Shown piece by piece: positions 36,170-50,700 of a stretch of 64,000 nucleotides of DNA. The notes under the pieces are model-generated. The model did not search any database. It saw only the letters and a list, made by a program, of their open reading frames with translations, and was not told the origin of the DNA. Positions within the stretch are counted from its first letter, which is position 1. Each line of letters begins with the position of its first letter. The DNA lies in the NCBI GenBank assembly GCA_032718475.1, contig JAUCBJ010001223.1, positions 1-64,000 on the forward strand. Reading direction: 5' to 3'. The position numbers were made by a program, and so were the translations under genes. The stretch is from Nemertoderma westbladi (Eukaryota; Animalia; Xenacoelomorpha).

Positions 36170-37381
36170 CCAACTATATTAGTAAAATGCCACTGGTTCC
36201 ATTTTCTGCTGGGTAATGAAGTGGAATTGAATCCGCTTACACTCAGTCATGAATTGTGAAAACAGCAAAAAGCAACTCATTGATATATTATGCAACCACG
36301 CCTACGACCACAAGGATTCAAATCTGTGCTTAGTGGGTGAAAATAACTCGGAATTCAAACATGAGGAAGGAGATGTTATAATCATATGTTAAAGTGTATT
36401 AATGAATTTAATCATATCCAGATTACTGCGGATGATACAGATATGATATTTGTAATTTTATTGTTCTTTTTTTGGAATATGAAACCAGCTACAAAAATAA
36501 CTTTGAAACGATTCTCAGGAAAAGTTATTGACATAAACGCAACAGCTGCAACATTAAAGGATAAGTGTCACAGTCTGCTTGCTTTACATTGCTTGACAGG
36601 CTGTGATACTGTTTCATTTCCCTTCCGTAAAGGAAAGAAGACAGCTCTAAAGTTGCTCCCTTCCATGAATAGCACATTGACCGCGTTTACTGACCCCTTT
36701 GCAGAAGAATATGATTGGTTAAAAGCTGGCAATGTATTTCTCTTAAACTTATATCGATCGGTCTTTAGGCGAAGGGGCGCCCAAATCATTGAATGAGCTA
36801 AGATACAAAGTGTTTACTACAAACAAACATCCCCCAAAGGTAAGATAATTATTATGTTATGAATTTAATGGGTGATCAACCGTTATTAGTGTCCAACCAG
36901 CGCTGTATATATAATACTAGAACAGGAACTCGTATTGTGACTATATATGACTCGTATTGCGTATACTCGCACTACTGTACATCTAATTCCAGCAAGCTAA
37001 CCTAGTTTTGCGAAATATCATGCACAAAATAAAATTATAATTTCTCATTTATTTCAGATACGAAGTTTACCTCCAACTGATGTCTCAGCAGTCCAGCATA
37101 TAATAAGAGCGAGATTGCAGTTATTGTTCTGGAGAGCTGCTGGGGACATTACTCAGCCACCACTAGAACCAACAAACTTTGGTTGGATGTTGTCGGCCGA
37201 TAACAAACTTAAACCAGATCCAGGTGTACCAGCAATGGCTCCAGAGCCTATATTACAAATAGCATCCTGTAGCTGCAATTCTCAAAGACCTTGTTCTACT
37301 GCAAGATGTAGTTGCCAGGCTCTAAAGGTGCCTTGTAATTTGTATTGCAAGTGTGCGAACAATGAGTGTTATAATTTGTAA
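36170..37381 (+). mobile_element. AcademX-type DNA transposon remnant (XPG/FEN1-like nuclease + Cys-rich C-terminus) with an intron at 36840-37057
   Basis: HEEGD, ADDTD, LHCLTGCDTVS..GKKTA, spliced HPPK|IRSLPPT...HIIRARLQ..W, PTNFGW, CSC..CSTARCSC..C..YCKC; GT-AG intron. Confidence 0.75.
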
Positions 37382-38649
37382 ATTAATAATTATATTATCA
37401 AAAATAAATCGAATCTCAAAAATAAACTAATTACTTCCAGTAAATGCCATGTTATGTCCCCGAATTCAGGAAATATGCATCAACGGTCCAGTTATTAAAC
37501 TTAACATCACCCTACATATACATCAAAAATCCGTTTCGGTGAACACTGCACATCAGAAAATAAATCTGTGCAGAAGCTCACCAGGCAGCGCAACAATGTT
37601 CGACCAAAAAGTTGTAGTAGTAGTAGCAATGCCATTACATCCAAATATGTTGGCTACGAATTTACATTCAAACTCATACTTCCGTGGCTTATTGAGGATA
37701 CATGTAGAGTGTATTAGCGAGCTGATATGGCATCAGGTATTACAGAGAGGTATGTCGGTGCATTAATTAGCCTCAATGATGTACTCCAAAAATGTGCACT
37801 CCGCGCTATGTATGTAATATTTACAAAATTTGTAACCTATTATTGAAAATATAATGCTTATTCCTTATATTTCTATATTTTCAAGCTTAGTTTGTCGTTA
37901 TTTATATTGCACAGTGTCTCCATAGGTCAATTAAATACATCTTCGTGTTAATTTAACCTTGTTGCTATGCAAAACATCTGTCGTTAAGTTAAATATTGTT
38001 CTAGAAAAAAATGCTCAATGCTGACTATGTTAAATATGACATAATTTCAAATGTCTTATATAAGTGAATAATAAAATATAAATAAATAAAATTGCAGTCA
38101 TACCCAATTTGAACGGTTGTCACCACTGTCTACTTGACTACTACGAAGAATTTACTTTTAAATAATTTTGACGATAATATGAAATTCTATAGCATAATGA
38201 AATGTGATGACAGAACAATTAATGACCTTCTAGTAGAATTACTCAATACGGCATACGAACTTCTAAATTAATACGAAGTGTACGAACTCCTAAATAAATA
38301 CGAACTTCTAAATTAAAAGCATTTCGATCTCCCTGTAAGCCAAATTCGTAAATCCGTTTAGATCTGGCTCTCATTGTTTTGTGTATCTGTAGGTCTATTT
38401 AGTACCTATGATTTATTGGTTGGCCGTAAACTCTTAAACATTTATACTGTAGGTATAATTACTGTTCATCACGTATGTATGTATGTATTGCCATGACTCT
38501 TTTTGGGATAAAGGCTAGTCTGAATAAAAAATGTTTATAGAAAATTAAACAATTTATTACACATAACAACTTATTTCTGAATTTTTTTTTAAATGATAGC
38601 TAAACTTGGAAAATCACTAGCTAGCCTGATTATTTGTATTTTTTAATGT

Positions 38650-38959
<310 letters not shown>

Positions 38960-40289
38960 GGACCCGCAACAGTTTTAGACGTTATGTATCAGAAAACATT
39001 TACTTGTATTCGTTATAGAGAACATGGACTCGTATTCATTTATTTAGTTCATTTGATCTCCATTGTATTACATCAGTTATGTAGTAATATATAATACTTA
39101 TGTTTATGTTTGTAGATAAATAAATTAATTATTACACATATTAACTATTTTTTAATAATTTTTTTTCAAATGTTCTAGAACAAAAAATATTTGTTCTGGA
39201 ACATATTTTTTTTTACCTACAATAGCTAACATGAAATAGAATAGTTCTAAAAAACAGTAGCAAAAACTAGCAATAGTAAAAAAGATATGGTCATGGGTAC
39301 ACAACACATACTGTAGTACAGTAGTGCCGAAAAAATTACGACTAATGTGGAGAATAGCCACGATACGGAGGGTGCGATATCGCAAAATACGCATTTTTAA
39401 AACGCATATAAAAGAAATCTAAAGGCAAAATCGAAAATTCCGGCTTTATGGGGTCATCGACGGTGAGGCGCCAGGGCACTCAAATCGCGCCTGTCGCGAC
39501 GCGCCAGTTCACAATATTCTGCAAATCGCGCCGGAGCGGAGAGACCTGGCACTCCGCGCCAGGACTCTTACTTCGCGCCAGATATATTCACCTAACTGGT
39601 GTGTGTATTGCAGTCGGGTACCGTACCTAATGATGTAATAGGTAATTTACCGGTCTGCCGTTAGGTAGCCAGAGCCTGTTGGTCATATTTACAGACATGC
39701 TGACAAGCTGGCAGGAGCGGAAACCTTGTCCTAGGACTAAAATAACACTTTTCATAGGTAGATTATCATTAGCAGAGTGTTGTTTTGTCCGGGAAAAGTG
39801 TTCAACAACAATGTGAAACTGGACTACCATGTCGTGTAGTATGATTTAATTAAGTTACAAAAATGATTTTGTTTGCAAAATGATACTGTATAATACAGCA
39901 TGTCCTGGAATATTGTGTCGTAATTCAGTGACACGCCCCACCCCGCAAATCTTTTTACAAATCTTAATGAGATTGCATAAAATTTGCAAACAGAAATAGT
40001 TTAATCTCCCTCCTCCTTAGTGGGTGAGCCAGAATTTTTATTTTCGATTTCATTCTTTATATTAGCTACAAGCGTTTGAAAAAAGTGTCTCCGTCGATAT
40101 TGCACTAGCTACACCGCAGTCATTCTTCATCTATATACAGTAGTGACGTGGTACAAGAGGAAAGCTGGCCGTGCAAGGATTCCAAATATGTCAAAATATT
40201 TGAATTTGGTTGGCAAATACCTGAGATATGGGCATTCGAATGTTATATGTATTTGCTTTCTCTGCAGGCCATTTATTCTATTTAATAAG

Positions 40290-40965
40290 TACACCATGTC
40301 GATTCCAGAATGCACCTTCCTACAAGTAATGCAGTTACGCATTACTGAACTTAATGCCCTACTGGGTCTGATAATACAAACCTTGAACATAGATGAGACA
40401 GGTATAGTGGTGTCTTCTGGCGTGTTCTATAGTCATATATGTGCGTCCAGTCTCATCGCACGTTGTATTTCGTGGTGTTGTAGTACATTGATAGGGTACC
40501 TGAAGCCATTGGCAAACTCAATATTTTTGTGCTGACCCATAATCGGACTCCAACTCAATATTGGTGACGACCTAATTGGCTGACCATGTTTGAGTGATGT
40601 TAACTCACGTTAACTCACTTCATGAGTACTAGTTAAATAACTGGGAGCAAATCTTGGGATAGGAGTAGTGCCCAACCCCACCTTCGGGTGGCAGCTATTG
40701 AAAGAGGAGCCTTCGGGTTGCCTCCAGCTTCAGCCAACTGTTTGCTTGTTTTGAACTCATGTGTGAAATGTCGTAGTTAGTAATGTCGAATTATTTCGAT
40801 TTCACACCTGTCGATTTCAGTCATAGTGGTGAGTCGACGTGAAAAGTGATGCTTGCCATTGACATACTGTCGCAGACGTTTGTGCCATGCCAGTTTACGG
40901 CAAGCATCTGTCCAAGAATCCGTAAGGTTGACTATATGATCGACGTAAAGCATTAGTGACATCAT
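40290..40965 (-). pseudogene. Highly decayed Bel/Pao pol fragment (post-RNase H linker to integrase zinc finger)
   Basis: DSWTDACRKLAW, CEIEIIR, RSSPILSWSPI, RALSSVMRNCITCRK. Confidence 0.6.
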
Positions 40966-41006
40966 CAGGTAAGTTATATGTTTTTATTGGAAACTTGGAT
41001 GTATAA

Positions 41007-41744
41007 GGTGGGCCTGTGGCCAGCCCCCATTGTATTTTGGTCAAAAATATGTCGAATTTTTTTTTATTGTCTATTATAATGCACCATTGAATGGTGTTTC
41101 CAAATCTGAAAACCGCTATTTAATAGCTCTTTTAGTTTTTAAGTTATAACAATTTCCATTTAGGGATTCCTATTGAAATTACTATTACTATGTATAATGA
41201 AAGGTCGATTATCTCCAAATATTTTTTTTATGAAATTGTCAACTTCAAAACCCTACTACTTCTACAATTTTTGAGCAATTAGTCTGAAACTTTCTGTGGG
41301 TGTCTACATAGCCACCCTGCATAAAAGTATCAGACAACTTTTCGAAATTTTTTGTTAATAAAATTTAATACTATTTATAACAAACCTGAAAATTAGGCAT
41401 AAATTTGCAGCGCCACCTAGCGGTGCAGAATTATTTTCACAAAATTTCGCCTGATAGTTATGTTGCCCCATCTTTGATGTATCATATGAAAAAACTTTCA
41501 TGTGATTAGATTCAAAACTGAAAAAGCCTTAGGGTTTTAAGCGCAACCAAGTTTTTTTTGTTGTTAAATAGTATTAACTAATATTAAATAGCGAAAAATA
41601 AAAATTTTCTAATCTGTCATGTAGAATAGCATCTTAGGCACTTATATTCCAAATTATAGCCAAAACCAAACAATTTTGAAACGCTGAGAGTGATAAGTCG
41701 AAGAGTTGTCCGAAAATGGTGTACCCCCCCCCCCCCCCCCCCCC
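41007..41744. mobile_element. Probable non-autonomous DNA transposon (Kolobok-like, TTAA-type flanks)
   Basis: ataa|GGTGGG ... CCCCC|ttaa termini, AT-rich non-coding interior. Confidence 0.35.
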
Positions 41745-41904
41745 TTAAGTGTAGATTTGTCTGGATCTACAAGTACTTCCTTATCCTCCACCGTCTTACC
41801 TTGATCATCAGTACTCTGTGAGTTGACATGTAATATTGGCTTAAACTCTATGGGTTTGTCGGGTTTCGGTAGTCTTGTATGTCTCCCAATATCAGTTCCG
41901 AGTT

Positions 41905-43215
41905 TTACTGTGGGGCGAGCCACGAAGTTGGCGGAGCCTTAGCGAATTGACACTGTTAGGGGGTGGGTCAATTTATGCAAATAGTTGTCGTCGTCGTCGT
42001 TGTCGTCGTCGTCGTCGTTGTCGTCGTCGTCGTCGTCGTTACGATTTTGACATGCTAATAACTTTGTCGGATTTAAAGCTGCCAAGTTGAAAATTTGTAG
42101 GTATCAATATGAGCAAAAGTTGAGATTTTTGAGAGACTTTCAGACACCATCAGTGCAATGGTCTCCCGCTAGAGGGCCACATGTCTAAACATTAAATGCC
42201 CTCCCATTTCTTTGCTTTTAATCCGTTTAAGCTGAAACTTGGCAGATATGTATTAGACCATTAGCTGTGACTTTCAAAGGAGGCGAATCCATCTGCAGTT
42301 CTCCAGTCTGCCGCTAGAGGGCCAAAGGTCTGAAAGTGAAATCGTTGTCGTCGTTACGATTTTGACATGCTAATAACTTTGTCGGATTTAAAGCTGCCAA
42401 GTTGAAAATTTGTAGGTATCAATATGAGCAAAAGTTGAGATTTTGAGAGACTTTCAGACACCATCAGTGCAATGGTCTCCCGCTAGAGGGCCACATGTCT
42501 AAACATTAAATGCCCTCCCATTTCTTTGCTTTTAATCCGTTTAAGCTGAAACTTGGCAGATATGTATTAGACCATTAGCTGTGACTTTCAAAGGAGGCGA
42601 ATCCATCTGCAGTTCTCCAGTCTGCCGCTAGAGGGCCAAATGTCTGAAAGTGAAATCGTTGTCGTCGTTATGATATTGACATGCTTATAACTTTGTCGAA
42701 TTTAAAGCTGCCAAGTTGAAAATTTGTTTTGTTGAAAATCAGTTCAACAGTCACCCGCTATAGGACTACTTTATGCCTGAAAGTGAATAGATTCTCCCGT
42801 CTCATTGATTTTAATCAGTTTAAGCTGAATCTTGCCATATATTCTGGACCACATGCTGCGTCTTTGTGGGGGGGGGGGGGGGGGGGGGAGAGATTTAATC
42901 GGTCTGCCGCTATACGACGAAATTTCTGAAAGTGAGATCCGTCTCTCATTTCGTTATCCGTTATTCAAGATGAAACTTGGCCGATGTACGTATGTACTAT
43001 TCATCCATAGGCTGTGTCTTTGTGGGGCTGGAGACCCTAATCCATCTTCAGTTCTCACTATACCGCTAGAGTCAGAAATGTCTGAATAGAAATGAAAGAG
43101 GTAAAAAGTGATTAGGCGAAATCTGCTTAAAATTTGCTAATACAGTAATACTTTCGAATTAGTACTTAAATTAAATTTAAGTCACGTGCTGCGCGAAGGC
43201 CCCACTTCGTGTAGG
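41905..43215 (+). mobile_element. Helentron-associated (HINE/DINE-like) element with (GTC)n and ~315-bp internal tandem repeats
   Basis: gtggggc/cacgaagt at the left are mirrored by gccccac/acttcgtg at the right; (GTC)n at 41986-42040; units start at 42041, 42356 and 42670. Confidence 0.6.
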
Positions 43216-44927
43216 TTGTAAGGTAGGTATATCTCGTGAGTGAAAGGACAGTTAAAGCTCCAATGGATTAACTGCGGCATTACTGTGAGTATGTGAAGGT
43301 ATGTCCAGTGGGAAATCGGGTGGAATGTCCGATGAGATGAAATGTCCGGACTTTATACATATAGGAATTGTTAGATATGTTTACTTGCCGTTTCTCCAGT
43401 ATACTCTCGATTTAATAATGGTCTATCACAATAGCCACCGGATTCGCCGTAGCGGTCTATTATCTCCAGGAGGAAAGCCGAATCTACTTTATTTACAGTC
43501 ACCTAACTGCATCCACCATGTGGAGATAGAATCCCTGGCCTAGAGTATATTCACTACCAAACTGCCACACTGTATCCCTGAGATCGCTAACTTATGTGAC
43601 AGTTTCCTTGAAGATAATGAGCTGGTGACACCTCGATGTTGCCAATCATTAGGGGAATGTAAACAAACATTAATATTGCTAATATCTAATATAATGCACC
43701 ATTTATGATTCACTGTGATTGATTATGATTGATTTTATGATTTATGACTACTTATATACCATTTCTAATTCTTACTTTATTATAAGAATAACAGTTCTTC
43801 ATTACTATAAAACGATTATAGTTCTAATTTAATTCTTAATTCTCTATATTACTTCTAGTATATAACAATTACTATAATGTTTATAGTTTCATTCAATCAT
43901 AGGTGAATGTAGTCACTATCTCCAATGCGCTAATCATATTGCGTTTAAACTCAACGTAGGATCCAACAATCGGTAGACTTAAAATGAGGCCACAAGTAAG
44001 TGTTTGACTTGGTAGACCAATGTAATATTGGTTATCGTCCGTTCGGGGTGGAGGAATACAACTGAAGGATCCCGGTTAAATCCAAGTGTGGGAACAGCAT
44101 CGATACCAGTCACAAATATAAGAAGGTCTTTCAGTCTGACTACTCACCAGAATGCGGATCCTGTAACCCCGTCTGTAATAAAAATGCAATAATTTCAAAA
44201 TTAAAGCTATATAAAAATTTAATTAAATCAATTTAAACTGCAGGACGATTAAACAGATACGGGACGGTGTAAACGCTACGCCGATTGCCGACAGCTAACA
44301 CCAAGCAACATTTATAACTGTTGTTGGCTGTTAGTTGGCCACTGTAGGCTGTGGGCGTATAGTTCTCCTTTACACCAAAACAAATACAGGGCGACCTAGG
44401 CTTATTGCGTCAACAACTCCACACATAATTATTAAACAACAGTTAAACAAATTTCAAAGAAAATAAACAGATTAATTAATAATCAATACATTCATTAATA
44501 ATTAAGAAATATATGAATTAAGGAGAAAGAAACATATTAATTATTGAGCAAGTAATAGATTCATTGATTCATATAAAATTTAAAATATCTCCCGAATCCT
44601 GAAACAGATCCAGCCAAAATGGTGCAACATGTTTCTCCTTTCTCTTCCGAATACTATTGTTGTTCTCTGTCCATTGTATTATAAACAAATCTTGTACAGC
44701 TTCGGAGGTAAGTACACATACATTATGCACAGAATATTATTAATAGAGACTGTTGAGATATGTACCATCAGCAAAACAGCTAGGCCTAACTAACTCACTA
44801 ACTACTGCAGTACAGTCAGCTGACTTTTGACTTCTATGTTCCTGGTACCTGGTAACCTGGTACCCGGTTCTCCCAAATCCCACTTTGTCTCTGTTGACAC
44901 TCCTTTCTTTCAACCCTCAATCAGACC

Positions 44928-45660
44928 ATGGCGATGGGTCCGAAATCCAAAACCCCTGCACTAAGTTCTGCTGATGACGTATATTAACGCCATAAAATCT
45001 CTAAATGATCAAGTAGAAGCCCTCCACCAAGAGGTGAAACTCCTACGCAAAGAGCAAACTATAACCTCCTTGAACGCACCCACCAATACGCAATTTTCAC
45101 AACTCGAAAAATGTACAGAAGATTTCCAACTTCAGATGGAAACTCTCGCGTCGAATGTAGTCCTAAAAACCAAACACGCCACCCTGACCCAAAACGTTAA
45201 TAATCACGCGAAACATGCTATTCCACATCCTGAATACGATAACCTGGAGCAATATATACGACGCTACAACCTTCTCCTTCATGGCATCCCTGAAGACGAT
45301 CAGTCTGTCATAGACAAGGTTCTTAGCCATTAATGCAAAGGACACCAACATTGATGTAATGCATCGGCTAGGAAACAAAGGAAAGAACAAACCCCGCATA
45401 ACTATAATCCGATTTATTTCTCAACGTAAACGAATCAAGGTGCTAATCCACCCCACCGATCAAAAACCTAAACGTATTCATATCGGAACACCTAACAGCA
45501 TACCGTGCCTCGCTTCTCCGCGAGTTAGTATCCCACAAGAAAACCAAAGAGCTGCACTCAGCGTTTACCTACAACGGATCCGTTCTTGCCAAACGCACAC
45601 CAACTAGCCCGGCCATCAAAATATCCTGTTTAAATGATATTAATAATCTAATTAATAATC
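44928..45660 (+). pseudogene. LINE ORF1-like (coiled coil + L1-type RRM/CTD), frameshifted, no ORF2 following
   Basis: DNLEQYIRRYNLLLHGIPE, IDVMHRLG...KPR.TIIRF, ISEHLT. Confidence 0.75.
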
Positions 45661-46059
45661 TAAGTACATATAGTGACCAAGTACACAAGTGATAAAGTAC
45701 AAGTTTAGGTTTTTTTAAAGATTAATCTCATGTCCCTTGAAAGTCAAAAGTTTATACTTACAGTATAAGTCTTTTTTTTCCTTTTCCTAAAGAATTTTAA
45801 GATATAGTCCTAATATGCTTATATAAATAAAGTTTATATTACTTTACTTTACATTCCACTTTACATACTAGTACCTGGCTGGCATCCAATGCTAATATTT
45901 ATATATCTAAATTTGTTTTAGGCGCTGTGTTATTTGCTATTTATCACAGTTTTTCATCTTTATTCTTTCTCTCCTCTATATATATTTTTTCCCATTTCAC
46001 TTTTTTTGAGACGTTTTTTGAAAATTACATTTCATTAAATAGGATTTATAACATCTCTA

Positions 46060-46860
46060 TTTTTGATTTACACCGGTTTTTTGGTGTTAGCAATTGGGTG
46101 GAATTCATATAAATTAATTTAGAAATTTCAAACTTGTTTTTTTCGGCGGGTGCCAAATTTTGGTGCCAGCACCAAATTATGAAATATGTCAATTTTGTAA
46201 ATTTATAGTTTGAAACTTGTTTTTTACGCAATTGGAGTTTTTTGGGGTTCTGGTTTCGATGAAATATATACGAGTTCCACCAAGCGTATCAAACTTGTAT
46301 TTTTCGGTGTTGTGTGAAAATTTTAGTGCTAGCACGAAATTTTGAAAATCCATTCAATAGATAAAATTACTTGTGACAATTTATTTCTTGCGTTTGAGAG
46401 GTTTATGGCTGTTCTGAATTCAATGGAATATATAATTATCGAACAAGACATCTCAAACTTGTACTTTTCGGAAGTGGGTGCAAAATGTGGTGCTAGCACC
46501 AAATTTTGAAAACAATCAAATATATCAATTGATTGTGTCACCTTGTTTCTTGCGTTATACGGGTTTGTGAGGGTTCTGAATTCAATGGAATCAGTAAAAA
46601 TTTCATATGAGTTTTCAAACTTGTATTTTTCGCCGGTGGGTGAAAATTGTTGTGCCAGCACCAAATTTTTGAAAATAAGCAAATTGATCAGTAGAAAGTA
46701 TCATCTCGTTTCTTGCTTTATACGGGTTTATGGGGGTCCTCAATCCGATGGAAACAATATAAACAGCACTGGACATCGCAAACTTGTACTTTTTCGTGAT
46801 GGGTACGAAATTTGGTGCTAGCACCAAGATTTGCCAGATTACGCCGAAAAATACAAGTAG
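46060..46860. repeat. Diverged satellite, ~163-bp unit, ~5 copies
   Basis: aaacttgta.ttttcg...gtgctagcac recurs at ~46130, 46291, 46454, 46617 and 46780. Confidence 0.85.
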
Positions 46861-46929
46861 CAATGATCTGGCATATTAGAAATGTATTCCATTAGAATCA
46901 TTGTACAACATTTTATAGACCAGTACTAA

Positions 46930-47700
46930 TAGGGTTAACCCTTAACATTAACTAATCCAACTTCTTTTAGACCATCCTGGAATTTCATAAGAATCAACTA
47001 ATAATTAACTTACTGTTAAATGGCATGTTCAATGTTCTATCCATCACTATGAATTTAGCCAAATCTCCACAAGATCTATTTTGCGTTTGGTCACTGAAGC
47101 CATGGATAGTTATATTGAAACAACCACTCATAGATATCAGATCAGTAGCCTCGTCTATTGCAGTGTTGAATTATCCGGATGTTTCGGCAGAACTAATCTA
47201 AAGTAAAGTTAAGGTTAACAATATTTCGTATAGGCCTAACCCAAATATAATAATTATTTAATTAGTTTATTTAATTTCTATGTTATATTATTAAATAAAT
47301 AATTATCTATATCTTACTTTATTAACGTTGTCCCGTAATTCATAATCAGCTATATCAGTCACTGCCAGGGTTGCGGAAATAAATCCATCGGTTATACTAA
47401 TTATGTTATACAACAATGGGGATAGGAAACTAGGAGTCGAACCTCGGTGTATAATGAAGTAACCTATCATCTTTCCCACCAGGTAATACCTGATTAAGTT
47501 TAGACCTGAAAAATAAAATATAATTATTAAATTTAATAAAAATTGAATTATATTTGGTTCAGTTAAATTAAGAGGTTTAATTACATTTAATTAAACAGCA
47601 TAAGATTATTCGAAGAAACTTACTGTTGTAATCCAGTTCGATGTTCTTGGAATTTTCCTCGCTGCTGAATAATGCAGAATCCCTGATCGCTTGGAATGAA
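46930..47700 (-). pseudogene. Intron-containing G2E3-like HECT E3 ligase fragment
   Basis: Exons ~47700-47624, 47505-47318 and 47197-47014 with GT-AG ends splice to QAIRDSALF..EENSKNIELDYNSLNLIRYYLVGKMIGYFIIHRGSTPSFLSPLLY...DIADYELR...; FQDGLKEVGL follows. Stop and frameshift in the third exon. Confidence 0.7.
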
Positions 47701-47727
47701 TGTTAACTGCATGTATTACCGCATGTA

Positions 47728-50700
47728 TCACTGTAGTTGACCCTTAATTTTCCTAAGGCATGATATTCCGAGAGACATTTTTTGGATGATGCGATTAATA
47801 TGTGGTTTCCATTCGAGCTTGTTATCGATATTAACCCCTAGGTATTTGACTTCTTGTGATTGTTCAACGGAAATGTTAGCATTTATGTTTAACTTAATGG
47901 ATGATGTGCCAGGCGGTTTGTTTGTCGGTGAAGGTGATATCAGTAGGAATTCTGTTTTTTCTGGGTTTAGTTTTAGTTTATATGTTTCGAATATAGTTGA
48001 GATCAGGTTAACACTATTTGATAATATTTGACTTGCGTTTAATGGATCTTTGTCAGATATGTATAAGGAAGTATCGTCTGCGTACTGTATGATGTTAGTA
48101 TTATGATTGAACATGGTTGATGCGATTCTGTTGGTGTAGAGTGAGAATAGAAGTGGGCCAAGAAGCGTACCTTGAGGGACGCCTCTTTTCTCAACTAACC
48201 ATGGGGATAAAGTTTCTCCAATTTTAACTCTTTGCTTGCGGTTCGTCAAGTAATTTTCTATCAGGTGACAGGCAGTGTGATGAAAACCTAGAGAATCTAG
48301 TTCTGATATTAGTCGGGAGTGTTCGAGAGAGTTGAAGGCTTTGCTGAGGTCAAGGAAGGCAATTGCAACGTGATCGCCGTTGTCTAATTTTGACCGCCAT
48401 TCCTCGGTGGCAAAGGTTATGGCATCAACTGTGGAATATTTTTTCCTAAAGCCAAATTGAAACGGAGACATGACATTATTCTTTTTTATATAACTTTCTA
48501 TTTGGATAACCATTATTTTTTCTAAGATTTTCGCTAAGGGATGTGTGACAGATATTGGGCGATAATTATCAGGAATTGAGTCATTGCCTTTTTTGTAGAC
48601 AGGGGTGACATGGGACAATTTTAATACATTAGGTACTGTAGATTTCGTTAGGCAGTCATTAAAGATGTTTGTTAATGGGACAGAGATTTGAGGGGCAATT
48701 AATTTGTATATTTTAGTTGGAATTTCAGATGGGCCGGAGGGTTTGTTCATTTGCATTTGGGATATTATTTCAGAAACGTACAAGGCATTTACACATCTGA
48801 AGGAAAATTTTGGTGTAGGCGTTGTATTATTTAGGAATGTACTGACCGTGGGAGTGGGGGGGCTAATGGAATTGTGGTTAATGCCAACGAAGTTGCCAAT
48901 GTCAATATAAACCTCGTTAAATACTTTTGAGATTTCTAGTGGATTTGTAATTAATTTACTTTGATATTTAATTTGTGGGATGGGTTTTCGTGGCGAATTT
49001 CTATTCAGAATTTTATTGATAACTTTCCAACGGCTTTTGCTGTCAATTTGATGTAAGTATTTATTCTTCACATAATCATTTTTCAGTTTTTTATTAAGAT
49101 TATTAAATCGGTTTCTTGCCATTTTGAATTCTTCGAAATCCGACTGTGTTTTAGTTGAACGCCATAGTTTTAGTTTACTGTCCTTATTCTGTCTCAAGTT
49201 CACAAGCTCTGCATTGGACCATTTTACCTTGTTTCCCAGATATTGACATTGTGTTTTTGTATACTTGTATTTGATTGGTGCTTGTCTGTTTAGTAAAGTT
49301 TCAATATTGGATTCAAGGTATTGTAATTTCGAGTTAACATCTGTTTCGAAGTACAATGGGGACCAGTCAATTTTACCGATTTCACAAATAAAATGCGCAG
49401 AATTAAATGATGAAAAGTCACGATATTTTATTTTTTCTTTGTTGATATTTTGAGCCGGTGTAATTTTATGCTTTATAGTAGTTAATGTATACTCATGATC
49501 TGAGAAGTCGCAGAAAAATACCAGACTATTTATTATAGAGTCTGAGTTCAGATTTGTTAGGACAAGGTCAAGGAGCGTGCTTGATGATTTAGTATATCTT
49601 GTGGGTGTTGTTGTGTTCAAGGTTGAAAGATTATAAGTGGAAAGGACGTCGCTTAGTTGTTTGGTTTTGGAGCCATTGGAGTTTAAAATATTGATGTTAA
49701 GGTCACCCTGAATAACAATATTTAGGTTGGGTTCTAGTGCTATTGCATTTTCAAGCTCTTCCGCAAAGTCATCAATGAAATGCTTATTTGCCCGCGGTGG
49801 ATTGTATACAGTGCAGATAAGCAGCCCATCGACTTCTACCCAAAGGCTTTCTAGTTTGGTGTTACATTTAATGTCGTCTCGTAATTTTGAAGGATAGTTA
49901 TCTGGAATAAATATAAGTACTCCGCCCCCACGTTTTTTCTTTCTGTCACGCCGATAGATGTTTAAACCTGGGATAGTGATTGCCTTTGTGTCAATATTTC
50001 TATGTAGCCATGTCTCTGTCACTGACGCAATGGAATTCTTTGACCCCAGCAAAGTTTCTGATAATTCGTCAATATTTTTAAATAGGCTTCTAGAATTTAT
50101 ATGAATTAATTTTAGATCAGCCTGGTTATTTTTCATATGTTCCTTAATATCACCCTGTGAGTCCTTCAGTTTGCAGTTTAGATTATTAAATGAATAACTT
50201 GGTGGTTGTATTTTGTTTTTATTGCTGTTATTTTTTATGTGCCTGCCTTTGTTAGTATTCCGCCTAGGGCCAGGATTCGGGTGTATATTTCCAGATATAA
50301 GTAGTAGCATGTTTATAGTAAGTGCGATAATAAGTACGACGTCTAAGACACAGCTACGGTATATGTTGAATGAATGGGCGAGTGAATATAAAATGATTTT
50401 AATGGATCCCTTAACATGTTTCAGTTTCGTCATTATTGTTATACGCCTACTCGATGTGTCAGTAGTGGTTGATATTGTGTGATTCAATAGCGCATTGAGA
50501 ACGATACCGAGTAAGATATTATTACGAGGTATTTTAGATTTTGTAAACGGGATTGAAATAAATATTACACCAAAGCAAAAAAATGAGAAAAATTGATATA
50601 AGAATGCGAAATGTGAAACAGGTGCATGTGCTCGCACTGACAAGTACTCATGCTGGGTGCTTGCTATTATTATACCAAAAATACCAAAAATTACAATAGC

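Noticed and set aside
41875-42090. Arg-rich protamine-like ORF
   Set aside because: Translation of the (GTC)n microsatellite.
43990-44190. SINE-like 3' segment (and a B-box-like GGTTCGACCCC near 805)
   Set aside because: No complete A/B box pair, cloverleaf or TSD could be established.
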